From contig BDGG01000001.1 of NCBI GenBank assembly GCA_001949185.1, forward strand, positions 6,906,325 to 6,970,324: 64,000 nt of DNA, written 5' to 3'. Source of the stretch: Ramazzottius varieornatus (lineage: Eukaryota > Animalia > Tardigrada). A model generated the notes under the pieces. That model did not search any database, was not told the origin of the DNA, and worked only from the letters and a program-made list of their open reading frames with translations. Numbering within the stretch: position 1 is the stretch's first letter; each line of letters opens with the position of its first letter. Both the position numbers and the translations under genes were made by a program. Of this stretch, positions 13,436 to 26,218 are shown in pieces.

Positions 13436-16331
13436 ATGTACAAAGAGAGGAAGGTACGGAATCGCGTGATCGCCGCAGCAGAAGCCAAGTCTCCTCCGCT
13501 GCCTCCCGTGTCTGGATCATCGACCATTACTCCAACCATCAGAAAGTCAGGTGCGTGGGCCCTTGAGGGTTTATCATTAGACTACAGAAACGTTGGAATC
13601 GGTGGTCCATGGCGAAGTCAATTACAGGTTCGATTGAAGAGAAGAAAACGGGCAAAAAATTCCTGGAGGGAGCGACGATCGGGATTCTTCCGTTGAACAA
13701 CTGCAATGCCCGAGTTACCCTCCTCAGTGAGCGGATCACTGAGTTCGGCGGTGTCCCTCTGCCATACCGGAAGAACACCATGATGTCCTTTGACAAGGCC
13801 ACACACATCGTGGTGAATTTCGAAACACCGATCAAAGATATCGTCACATTCTGCCGTACTGACGCAGACAAGGCCTTCCTTCGAGATTCTCTTCCGAAGA
13901 TCAAGTATGTCCGGTGTAAATGGCTGTCGGAATCCTTTACGAAAGGCGTACGCATGTCGGAAGACGACTATTCGATAAACGCACTTTTACAGGTCAGCCG
14001 TCAGTATTCAAATTATGTTTTCATCAACTCGATAAAATCGTTTTTGAGAGCGGCGCATATTGCCGGCATGTTTGGCTGGAAGCGTGCGCCACCTGGGAAA
14101 ATGGTCTGGTCGAGTTCCTAAGTGGCGCACGTTGTCAGTGTTAATAGCTGACTGCGTGCGCCACCTAGAATTTCGACCTTGTTTCGAGTTTGTTTGCATG
14201 TGGTCTTTAACTTACCCTTTGTTCAGAATAATTCTAATTACTCTCACAGGAAGAAATTACACGAGCTGAGGTTCAGGAACACCTTCACAAGTATCGACGG
14301 TCAACTTCCTTCAGAGATGCGACTGTTCCCAGCAATAGTCAGAGAGAAACGAACTTGGCAAAGAAGGACGGCGAAGCTAAGATTGCGGACAAAAGCCAAC
14401 CTCCCAAGTCCAGCGGTACAGTTTCGCCCGCAGATGTCTCCTCTGGTTGGAAAAGAAACCTAAACGAGGATGATTCTTCGGACTACGAAGATAGTAGTGG
14501 AGAAGTTAGTGACGAGGAAGAAGATTTAGACAGCAGTCGGGAAAAGGAGACGCTGGTCCGCTCAGGCAGCGGCAGCTTTACCGTGTCAGACTCTTTGGTA
14601 AAAATAATGATAAGATTTTGCACATCCCGAAAATGCAAGAAATCATTCACTTACGTATCCCAGTGTTTTTACTTTGTAGAAGGAGAAATATATCTGTGCA
14701 CAAGCGTCGTCCTCGGGCACCAAAAACCTAAATGAGCATCTGACGGTTCCTCTCGAGGTACGAATCCAGTTTCTCACTTGTTGCTATTGCTGTACCCGAG
14801 AGTGACTTTTTTGTTTCAGAAGCTAATGAATACACACAAAAGCCAAGGACAGGAGTTTCGGGCGATGGCTTACGGTAAAGCCATTTCCGCCCTGAGGAAC
14901 TTCCCAAAGAAGATCCAGCGAGCTGAGGTTGGTTCTTTGTGAGACCGACTTCGACGCGCATCTTACTGCAAGGGGTTTCTTCTATCGCAGGATGTAGGGT
15001 CTTTGAGGAATATCGGCGGGAGCATTCTCAGCAAGATCACGGAGATCTTGGAGAACGGTACTTGCCAGAAGGTGGACAACCTTTGTGTCGACGACGAAGT
15101 CAATAAAGCCATCGCGTTATTCTGCAATATTCATGGCGTATCGAGTAAAACAGCCATTAAATGGGCCAGCGCGGTACGTTTTGATTAGTTCGGACTTTAA
15201 GATATGCTTTTTCAGTTCCAACAGATGAAGGCTCAGCAGACAAACTGTGCAAAACTGTTTTTTCAAGTGGCGCACGCTAACAGTGTTGTTGACCGATATT
15301 ATGCGCCACCTGAAGAATGATCTTGTCCAGTTTTTCCAGAGTGCAGCATGTTTTCGGTATGATTGGCTGGACGTGTGCGCCACTTGCAAAGATGATCTTG
15401 CCGGCTTTGTCAGCCTCGATGTTAACAAAATCAAGGTACTTTTGTCATTGCAGAAATTACGGACTTTGGAGGAGCTTTCGACCAAGGTGACACTGAACCG
15501 CGCACAGGTGATCGGTTTGAAGCATTACCACGACTTCCTGGACCGTATCCCACGAAGTGAGGTGGAAGAGATTGAAAAGACGGTGAAGGGCGCAGCCCTC
15601 GATCTTCAAAAAGGCCTCGAGATAGTCACTTGTGGCTCGTACCGAAGAGGCAAGCCAACGTGTGGTGATGTCGATATTCTCATATCGCACCCTGATGGCA
15701 AATCCCACCGAAATTTGTTCGGTCCTCTTCTCGAGAAACTTCGCACTTCCGGTATGAATGAAATCCAAACCCACACGAAAAACAATTTTTTCGGTGGTTT
15801 TTCGGTAAATGTTTTGTTTCAGAGTTTCTGACGGATGATTTGTCGATAAGTGAGGAAAGCTCGCAGAAAAAATATCTCGGTGTTTGTCGGCTTCCGAAAG
15901 AAGACTCCAAGGTAGGCCATGTTTTCCAGCGGACATACTGTATCTCTGTTAGACGTTTCTAATCGAGGACGATGAATTGGTGGATTGTCATTTTTCTGCA
16001 GTTTCGTCGGTTGGATATCATCGTTGTGCCGTACTGCGAGTTCGGTTGTGCCTTGCTGTACTTTACCGGATCAGCCTACTTCAACCGTTCCATGCGGGCC
16101 TACGCCCACAAGCTCAGCATGACACTCTCACATCATTCACTGAACAGGAATGTGGTTCGGATGGTGAGAAACTTTCACGAAACTTTACGACAGATTTCAG
16201 AATGGTTTTTCTAACTGTAGAAAAAGGTGAAGATTTCCGACGGCGAACCATTTCCCAACCTCACAACTGAAAAAGCTATCTTTGAGTGTATGGGACTACC
16301 TTATCGAGAACCCGCAGATCGAGACCACTAG
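13436..16331 (+). CDS. POLL: DNA polymerase lambda (X family, BRCT domain), multi-exon
   Basis: BRCT (ATHIVV...VRCKWLSES), 8-kDa lyase exons, [45 protein letters not shown], and C-terminal [12 protein letters not shown]. Confidence 0.93.
14024..14197. repeat. Palindromic MITE-like element, double core (Pol lambda intron)
   Basis: Two cores, each with a 25-nt spacer. Confidence 0.85.
15229..15418. repeat. Palindromic MITE-like element, double core (Pol lambda intron)
   Basis: Two cores, each with a 25-nt spacer. Confidence 0.85.
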
Positions 16332-16751
16332 TCCTTGTTTTCAATTTGTTTAGTTTCTAATCAGGCCGCTGCTTCGGATATCGCATGTAATATTCTCACA
16401 ATGGAATTTCTCTGTTTGTTCTACCGGTTTTTTGGTTTTTAAGTACTCTGTTGATCAATGATAATCGAAGCGGAAGATTCGCCTTTTCTTTCAAGTTCGG
16501 CAAGTCACTGATCATCTTTTTGTGGTATTGAAAATGATGAATGGTAACCATTTATAGTCTTCTCATTTCCTCAATCGGTGAAACGGTTAAAAGCTTTAAA
16601 AGATAAAAATATACAAATAAAAGAAAACCCCCCGTGTAAACAACCGGCTAAATCAGAAATCCATGCAGTTATCAAGAAGAGGTAGTAATGTTATCACGGA
16701 AGAACAGTGTAGCAGATACAGAATGAAATATATAAACCGAAAAAGAAAATT

Positions 16752-19700
16752 TCAAATGAGCGGAAAACGAACCGCGCGAATGTGCATGGCGTTCAACCGT
16801 ATCGACGAATCTACCGGTAAGAGCGTTCCCTTCTGCAATGGAGACGGTGGACCTTCTTCCCCATAGGGGAAGCCAAACACCCCAGCGAAGGCTTCCTTCA
16901 AGTTCAAGCTGCCAGTGGACGGCTGACACTTCAGCCCTTTCATTCCCATATCACAACTCTCCACACCCGTTCTGTGCAGCAACATTAGTGCTGACGGACC
17001 TTCCCTGTCCTTTTCAGCCCCTTCACCATTCACCTTGCCGAAAGGCGAGACATTTCCACCCTGGTCATTCTCCACAGCGACGGCTGTGCGGACATTGAGC
17101 AAGTGCACATCACAGGGAAGGTCTTCTTTCAGTCCTACAAAAGCATGTTTAGTACTGTTTGACGGTGATCGTTCAGTCAAGAGGACTGGAGGGTGGAGTA
17201 TGGACTGAGCCATCATCTGGCCAGTCAGAGACAGGACGGGTATGCGTTCTGGAACGGAGGATGTGGACTGCTCGACGACGAGACGGAATATACTCTTGGT
17301 CAGAGCAACGTTGTCGTGGACGGGCTCGCCCATACCTCGGTTGTCGTCTTGGTCCAAACGGCGATCGAGGATAACTTCGAGGGACCCACTGGAAAAGCTG
17401 GCGACTCCTAGAGGCTGCTTGGTCAGCAAGGTGAACCTAAAAACGGGAGAAAAATTTCTTTCACAGAAATCATTATCCTGCCTACCGCAACATTTAGTAA
17501 ATAGGCAGGCGAATGTATGCAGGTACTTGATAGACTATTCAGCTGATTTCCAACCGCCTACGTCCAAAGGTAAGCACAAGATACAAACTGCCAGGTGTAT
17601 TGTAGGTACCTGATGGACTGTATAGAATTTCCTTCGGGTACCTGCGTAGCTTGCGCAGTTAAAACGATCACATATATGTAGGTACGTGAAAACTCAAAGC
17701 CCAATCTCCAAAAAAGTCGAAAGTATGCAGAACAATTCCCGAAGAGCCAACCTGTGTTCCGCGTCTTCGATGTACGCAGCTGCCGGCATCGGGTAGAGAT
17801 TCCCTTGAATGTGAAGTTTGCTGTGCATTTTCCTTCTGATCAGGTGGAAGCCATTCAGATCAGTAACGAAAGACTTGCCGCTGTCGATGCTGGTCTTGAA
17901 GTGCATGGCCAGCTCGAAGTTGCTGGTGGTCGTAATGTCGACGTTGTTCTCAATCTCAGGGGAGAAACCGTCCGGAGTGTCGGTATGGTCCAGGCGGACG
18001 ATGTGAAGAACATTGGGCAGGATCACTTGAAGCTCGGAGACCACCGCGCCACGAATCACTCGGATGACTGGCGAAGAAGGCTCGCCACTTGTGGTCGAAC
18101 CATTCGACGAAGCAACGACATCCTATAACAAAAGATCTTTCGACGATACCGTGAATTTTTGTCGAATTATAAAAATGCTTTTATTACCACGGCTGGTCCA
18201 TCAGGAAGAAACAGGTAGGCTCCACTCTTGTCCTTTGCTTCAACCGTTCCATATTTCTGGAACTTCAAGCGAACGCCCAGCTTGATATTCTTCGGTTTAT
18301 TCACGTATTTCTACATTCGAAGAAACAGCTTTGATCAAGTTACTCGAGCACGACTGTCGACGCAGGTCAATCAGGCAAATAGCTCGACAAAATCGTTTTG
18401 CCAAGTGGCGCACCGTTTCGGCCAATTGCCCTGGAAACATGCGCCACCTGGGAAAAGATCCTTGTCGAGTTCGTTTGCCGAGCTTCCAGTAATGATATAA
18501 AATTCACCTGAAGGTAGCCGGTTTTGCCGTCGAATAGCAGCTGAACGTTGTTGCTTTCCAGGGAAAAGGTCTGTGCGTGAGATTTGTGATGGAGCGAGAA
18601 AGGTTTCGTCACGTCACCATCAGAAATACCAGTACCGTCGGAATCACCAAAGACCTCCACAGTCGAAAGTACCGCTATTTCACCGCCAGTTCCGCCAGAT
18701 TTCACGTCTTTCACCCTGTAGGTCTTCACACCCAGTGCCGGAATTGACGCCCGAAAAACCAGCTGAAAACAATCACCTCTGCTATTCTAACTGAACTCTG
18801 CAAATTTTCCGACATTTTTCCACCGACTTTCTCTGATACGCATAATCAATTACCCATGTTTTTTCAAGCATTTTGCCTTTTCACCACGTTACCTCGTAGA
18901 CTTCAAGTGACATCTGGCCCGATCCAGCTTCCCACAACGGATTAACTTGCGCCACCACCCTCTTTCCCGTTCCTTCCTCCACTACGCTCACCGACGAACT
19001 ATCCACCAACACTGTCACCCTCCGATCCACCGCCTGCCCTAGAGAGTTGAACACCACCAGCCGTTGTCCACTCTCCCCGACTCTTAGCCTTCTTTTCCGA
19101 GGAGGCTTATTGTGCACATCGAAGAACTCATCAGGCAGTAGCTCAGTATCCTGTCCACCAGGAGTGAAACCAGGAGAGCCAAGCAGAAGAAGGAGCGAAC
19201 TGGACAAGACGTCGTTGCAGTTGGCCAAGGCCTTCGTCAGCTTGCGAGCGTAGTCGCTCATAACGTGCGCTTTGGCGGTCCCAGCTACACCGTCGTGGTG
19301 CTGGAAGAGACCAAGAGCTCGACGAGCGATGACCAGCTTGGCGAGGGGGTCGTTGAAGGCTGGGGAAATGGACGCCGGCGAAGCTTTTTGGTCTTTGGCT
19401 AGAGCCATTGCGTAGGCTATTTCTGCCGCCCTGAAAAAATAAAATGTTTCATACCTCCGCTCTGGAATTCTGATCAAACCTTTTCATCGATAAGAAATTG
19501 CATGCAAAGCGCAACGATGGAATATATGACGATTTTCCGTGCGTTTTAAAAGAAAAATTCAAAAGAGAAGAAGCATGGGAGTTGGGAAAAATTTTCACAT
19601 CAGCCCAGATCGTTTTCCAAGTGGTGCACGCTCTCCGTCAATAGACAACAAAGACGAGCGTCACTTGAGATAACGATCTGAGTGAAGTCTTTTGCCGAAG

Positions 19701-22153
19701 TGTCCAAAAACGTTTTCTCAAGTGACGCACGTTGTCGAGGTGATTGGCTGAAAGAGTGCGCCACTTAGAAAAACAGTCAAGTCAAGCTTGTTTGCCGAGC
19801 TTCCACATGAATTTGAATTTCGAAGGTTTGCTTGATCCTGCCTACCGTAAGCGGGCTGTCAGGATTCGGTCCATGCTCTTATAGAAAGGTCTCGACGTGA
19901 AGTACCCGCTCCAGTAATGGTCTTCGCGGTCGGCGTACGTGAAGAAGTCACCGGACAATGTCGGGAACTTGTGCGAGTTCTTCGTTACATCGGCATGGAG
20001 TTCTTCGAAATAATCTTTTAGCGTACCGAACTGAATCTGAAGACGAAAACTCGTTGGGAAGCTTTCTTCTTACTCTATCGTTTCGCTCAAAGTTGCCACG
20101 ACTTATTAATTCAAGACTTACTCGAGTATTCAGCCTAGCTTCTCCGTTGATATACTTGATCAGTTTCTCGTAGTTTTGATATTGCTGGTCCCATTCTTGC
20201 GGCGTATCGTACCGGAAGTCATCGCCCAGTTGCACCATAAGGACGTTCGTACTGTACAGCTGAGCCTTCTTCTTGTACTGGTCCAAGAGAGTCTCCGCTC
20301 TAAAATAAAGAATAAATATTTCTTAGGCTCGAAATTACTTCCGGTTGTTCTTCTGACCGTTCTTTGACGTTGGCAGGCATGATTGGTCTGGGCGGTACCC
20401 TCCAAGGACAAGTGGTCCTCCCACTTCCCGGTAACCTCTTGAAATCGAACTGGCAGCAGATCTTCGGATCGGGTCCACAAGTATGTGGGACATCGTACGA
20501 GTAGAACGGCATGAGATGACACAGCATGTCGGTCTTCCCATCTTGATCCCAGTTCTGTCTCCACTGGAACTCGAGAGACTTCTCTTTAGCCAAGTGTTTC
20601 TTGATGGAGTAGTGGGCTCTTTGAATCAGCATGGCGTCAAAGTTGTTCCATTTCAGCACTTGCGCGACGGTGGGCGACATGCCGAAGGGATCGACCGCCC
20701 AGCCGTGCTTGGGAACCACGTTCTCACCCAGATGGTTCTTGATCCATTCCTGGCCTTCGACGAGCTGGTCGACGATGTTGCCGTAATGGGCATTGGCCTC
20801 GTCAGGCATTACCCAGCCCCCCGTCACGATCTCCAGCTGACCATCTTCTAGCAACCTGGAAGAACAGACCGAAAAATCGATCATCCGACAACCTGCATAC
20901 ACACTGCCACTCGATTAGCGTAGACGCCTGTACTCAGGTTCCTGAGAGGATTAAACGAACTTGTCCAATTCGATTACGCCGTTACGGACTCACTTTTTGA
21001 AGGTGGTTTTTTGTGTCTCATCGGCGCCAGCCCACCATAGAGAGAGGTAAGATATCTCAGCCCAGACGAACTTTCTTCTGGGATTTAACGGTAATTTAAG
21101 GACCATCAGGTCGAAGATAAGCTTAGTTTGGTCCTCGAAGTATTTCTCGAATGTCTTTATCCAGCCTGGAATGCAAATCCACGTTCAAATAGAGCTCTAT
21201 GTCATGAAAGAAGTCTCAAGAGGTAGAAATCGTACCAGGATCGTTATGGGAATGTGGCACGATGAATACTTTCAGGGGACGTTCCGGTGTCCACTGGTCT
21301 TCGTTGTAGGTGATATCGAAACCTTGCTTCCAGACACCTCCATCTGGGTCGTCGAAATCCAGTTTATCATACACGTTGAACATCTGCAGATTGTCAAAAA
21401 CAGACTCCATACGAGGTTTCGAAGCAATAAAACACTATAAGGTCAATTAACAGGATCCACTGGCCTTGGCTATACCTGCATACAGCTTCAACGGACGCAA
21501 TACATGGACGATTGTATGCAGATAGCCGAAAGGCGAGTGCACTTAGATAAACCAGTCTGTGACGCATTACGTCACCGCGAAACGCCCAAATATCGCGGTA
21601 AACCATGATGTCACGCGTAATGATGCCACATTAACCGTAAGCTGGCTTTCCAAATCTGTTTTACCTGGATGTCGGATGCGGACTGCGTCCAGGTTTCGGC
21701 CGGGCATGCAGAAGAATCATTACGTCTCTTCACAGAGGAGACCTGGGAAAGAGGGGAAGACATTCTGTTAACAAGTTTGCTTTCCTGCTCTTTCGTTGGA
21801 ACCGCGTCGTTTGTCTGCTCCGTGACTTTCTCAGCTATGCTTTTCATCTTGTTCTCGTTCTGGTCTCGAAGGATCTTCTCCTGCAACAAGGGTACTTCGT
21901 ACTTCAGCATGGATTTCAATGAGCCTTGCAGACTGACAACTATTTCACGGTTGCGCTGAATGGATGTCTCCAGCTTTTCCACTTTCTTTTCCAGATCGTC
22001 GAGCGCTTCCATCTCTTCGGGTGTCCCTTGCGATACGACCGCTTGTTTCCGCTGTCCATTGGGACTTGTAGAGCTAAGGTCCAGTATGAAATACAGCAGC
22101 AGTGTCACGGCCATAAAAACCACGGCGCAGAAGAAGGCATTGGACAGCCTCAT
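16752..22153 (-). CDS. MAN2A: Golgi alpha-mannosidase II (GH38), type II membrane protein, multi-exon
   Basis: N-terminal TM segment and coiled-coil stem; motifs [73 protein letters not shown] and [12 protein letters not shown]. Confidence 0.95.
18372..18487. repeat. Palindromic MITE-like element (mannosidase intron)
   Basis: CTCGACAAAATCGTTTTGCCAAGTGGCGCAC-N25-ATGCGCCACCTGGGAAAAGATCCTTGTCGAG. Confidence 0.9.
19577..19804. repeat. Palindromic MITE-like element, double core (mannosidase intron)
   Basis: Cores with 26- and 25-nt spacers; ends TTTGCCGAGCTTCC. Confidence 0.85.
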
Positions 22154-23077
22154 ATTTATGGATTATAAAGCAGACACGTCGTCACGAAAAGCCTATCCTG
22201 AAGTCCGTGGTCATCTTGCTTCCGTCTTTCTTCGCGGGATCCAGCATGGGGATTCTGTCACCGTGTGGCCTGCCTAAAAATAGAAATCTCGTCCTCCATT
22301 TGCCTGCAAGATAGAGAGGAAAAGAGCCGAAGCAGCAACAAAATCATCGGGCGCCGCGGTTCACGTTGACAATTTTTGCCCTTGCTGGAACTAGAAGCCA
22401 TTCGGCCTGACGGCACGAGTTACCAGTTTTGTCAGCGGTAAGCAACGTTTCCCGATGGGAGGTTGATGACGTAAGCAAGCCGTGGTAACATGGACGGGCC
22501 CGAAATGTGATGGTGAGCCGGTCTAGCGGGGTACGAGAAATAATGTTGTCAGAAACGAGTTCGTCACCGAGACCAGCTTTTCTGATAAGCGGCGGCTACG
22601 TGCTCTTTATTCCTTTTGCTATGGATAGTTCTTGGATTAATCACTGAAAGGAAGGTTTTCCATATGATGATTGGCTTTATTGATATTGACGCTGTAGTGG
22701 CAAACTGAAACATTCACTAGATTAACACGGAAGTACAGCATGCGACAGAAATCAAGGAGAATGAATAGGGATGGAAAACTTAAAAAGATAGAATGTGTAG
22801 GTAAAAGAGTACTGCAGAAGTTACCGGTAGAAACAGAGACAACAATACAAGAACTCTTCGTGTAACGAGTGGAAGAAAGGCCAACAAGTACAACCACAAA
22901 AGTGATCGCGGCCAAGAGATCAGAGAATACTAAAAGCGTATAACAAGCAAGCCACCGTTGCAAAAACAGCAACGACCAACAAAACTCACGCTCAGAGAAC
23001 ACTATCATACATTTCATGAGTATAATATTATAGTAAGACAAAATAACCACAAGACGAAGAAACGTTCAACGCCCACT

Positions 23078-24981
23078 TCACCGGGTTTTAAGTTTCTTCT
23101 TCTTGACGACCTTTCTCTTCGTGGGTACCGTCGTGTCCCCCACGGTATTCTTGCCCATAGACCTCGTCTGACACCTTTCTGGTCTGGCTTTATCCCTCAT
23201 GGCCTTCTTGGCATTCAGGACGTCACCTTGTGTCACACCAGCCGCGGACTGCTCGACGTCGCTCAGCGAAGTGTCGGAGAGTCCTGCTGAGGGCGAAGAC
23301 TCTACGATGGTGGTCACTTCACTGACTGTTGTCACACCTGTCACGAGGTCCCTCGTCTCGGTAGACTCGGTTATCGTCGTCAAGGTCATCGGAGCAGCAG
23401 CGACTTCGGTGGCAGGAGTGCCAGCAGGAGCTTCGGTAGGAGCTCGGGCCCAAAGGGAGTTCTTGACGGCTTCCAGGTAGTGCTGCTGCTGCCCGATTAC
23501 CGAACCAGGTCTGACTATTCTTACCCAGGCGATAGCTTCACTTGGTGAAAAACCGTTGTGCTACAAAAGGCGTCATTTAGTACCCATCCAAATCCGGAGG
23601 AATGTAGCGCAGCGAACAGACTGACAGAGACACACCCGAGCAAAACGCCCAGGGAACATGACAGCACAGGGTGACAAAAGCATAGTCTCGTGGGACGTTT
23701 ATGACCCGGCTCAGTGTGATTCTCACCTTCATGAGGTACGCTGCGATCAGAGTTCCAGTGCGGCCCAGTCCGGCTTTACAGTGGATCGCCAGGCCGCCTT
23801 TGGCAGTTTCGGCGATATTGAGGAAGGCGTGGAGGATGGCTTCGTTGGGGGATGTGCCGTCGGGGAAGATGAGGTCCTGGTGGTCAAAGCCAGCCGCCGT
23901 GAAACGTTCCGCTGCATACTGCGGACTATTCAGTCGGACAATGGTGCTGATATTGTGCTCTTTGAAATACTTGAAGTATTCTTCGGGTGCGTGGACTGGA
24001 TAACCTTCTAACCGCGTCCTTTGATGAGGACCACTGTAAAATAACCAGCATAAATATTGAAATAGATTTCAGAAGGTAACTGGCTCGACAAACGAACTCG
24101 ACAATATGGTTTTCCAAGTGGCGCATACCATCAGTCAGCCACCCTGACAACATACGCCACTTCCTGAAATTATCTCGTCGAGCTTGGTTGCCGAGTTCCC
24201 CTTTCAAAAAGGTAATTCAGAAATACTCAAAGAAAATCAGAAAATTTTTTGAAAAGCCTTCTAGATGTCTAAAAACGTTCAGCACAATGTTTCAGGTAAA
24301 CCTTCGTGCAAAAAGTGATCAAAGAATATTAGTTTACCAAAATGCGAGGAATTTCGGCGTGATCCAATTAAAGTCTCCATTTTCCACGCGCTCATAATGT
24401 TCATATTCTTGTAAATTGAACTTGTCATAGGTGAAAAATTCACACTGCACCGCTTTGTACAGTCCGACAAGGCAGTCTTTCAGGCTGAGATTGTACGTTG
24501 AAGGTCCACACGAAGCGTCCCTAAACCCGATCAACTCTTTAGCTGAGACGGTCTGCAACAACGCATACGCTTCCTCCGGACTCTTCCCTAGTTTCAGTAT
24601 CGTGTAAGCCCCCACCAACCACGCACCGTTGACAAACTTGCGATCGTCAGTCTGGGAAGAGTAATGTAGGACCTTCTGATCCGAGGGTGACTTGGCAGCG
24701 AGCGCGGCGTTGGTCAGAAGACGCTTGACTTTCTCGCAATAACGATAGACTTTCGCTATGTTCAACGGCCCGAAATCGTCAAAAAAACTGTCGTAGACCA
24801 GCTCGGTGTCGACTGAGAAAGCGATGACATTCGGGAGCTCGGGTGGAGGTGCACTGAGACGGGCGAAGTAGAAAACGTCGGGGATGACTACGACTGCATT
24901 CCTCAGCACATCTTCGAGTGCCGTTGGTGCTTTCTCCTTCGACCCCACTATACTCTCCTGTGAGTCCTCCGTCTCGCTCAT
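23078..24981 (-). CDS. CDC14: Cdc14 dual-specificity phosphatase, multi-exon
   Basis: Motifs DFGPLN, FRDAS, YEHYERVENGDFNWI, catalytic HCKAGLGRTG (~23755-23785) and RIVRPGSVIGQQQ; basic C-terminal tail. Confidence 0.93.
24082..24200. repeat. Palindromic MITE-like element (Cdc14 intron)
   Basis: Arms plus 25-nt spacer; ends TGCCGAGTTCCC. Confidence 0.9.
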
Positions 24982-26218
24982 GTTGCAGCCGTCGAGAACT
25001 CCGACTTTACGACAGCAACCCTGCTGTTCCTGCAGAAACAGACCCACTTCCGTTGGGAAGTCTCAGACCAACAATATTCACTTCAAAGTCCAACCAAAAA
25101 TTCTTACTGAAATATTCTCCGCACCGATTCAGGCAGAATGAATCACGAATATTCTCCACAGCTTATGAGCGTCTGCACGAGAAAATAATAGCATGACAGA
25201 GAGGATTAGGATGCGAGTTAGAGTGCAATGTTTACCTGCGAATGCACCCAGATTCGATCGATGAAACGTCAGTTGCAAACTCGCCTCATGCGCAGTGCTC
25301 GGCAGCCATCTTCCGTTGCAACGAACAAAATCCGCATCTCAGACGATCCCCATTCCCGGGCAGAAACTGAGATTTCCTGTAACACTTCAACGAACGGACC
25401 AATCAGTCTTGCAAGTAATTGTCACCACTTCGTTACCAAACAATTTAAAACAAAGAAAAATATGAATGGAAATTTCAATTTCTGTTTACGACTGCCAACC
25501 ATACGTGGGCTGCTAGAGGGGGCCTTGCCAGAAGGTCAAACACACTGATTGAGCGATTGATTGATTACGTTCCTCCAGCAAATAGGTATTAGGACCGATA
25601 TGGTGTACGTCATGCGTTGATGATATACAGTACGTAATGTTACGTAATCTACTAACAAACTCAAGACGAGCTCTTCATTCAATCAAGGAATCCGAGCAAC
25701 AGAAGAAAACCGTCTGGCCAAACACAAGAAACCGCTGGGGTGCAAAAAGCGTGAGCGACACATTTTGAACCGGGTGTCTGTTTGTGGAAGTCTACACCAC
25801 GTACACGTTACCAAGTGCTTGATAATGACTAATCGAACGCCGTTTTTGACGGCTTGTGGTCTTGGCAGGCCATGTGCAAGGGGAGGCCCCTTTCAGCAGC
25901 TCATGACTGCTGCCAACTCGGGCGATGTGAGTTATAACCACTCCACACGCAACGGTGGGAGAGGCTAGCATGTACGACTGTCATGTCATATCGAGGGTGT
26001 AAGGTAATGTGATGTTGTCCACATCTAATTTTATCGCTGTGACGCGCAGATGCAGCCGTTGATTTATGCGAAGAGTGCGCAATTCGGGTGGGTAAATTCC
26101 GCTCAGAGTTTTGTGTACATAAGCGCCATGCCTTTATCGCGCAGTACACTTTCATTGCTGATCTTCTGCGACTTGAACGCCCTGTCTTAGGGTGCTGGAG
26201 TTTTGAGGATATTCAGCC

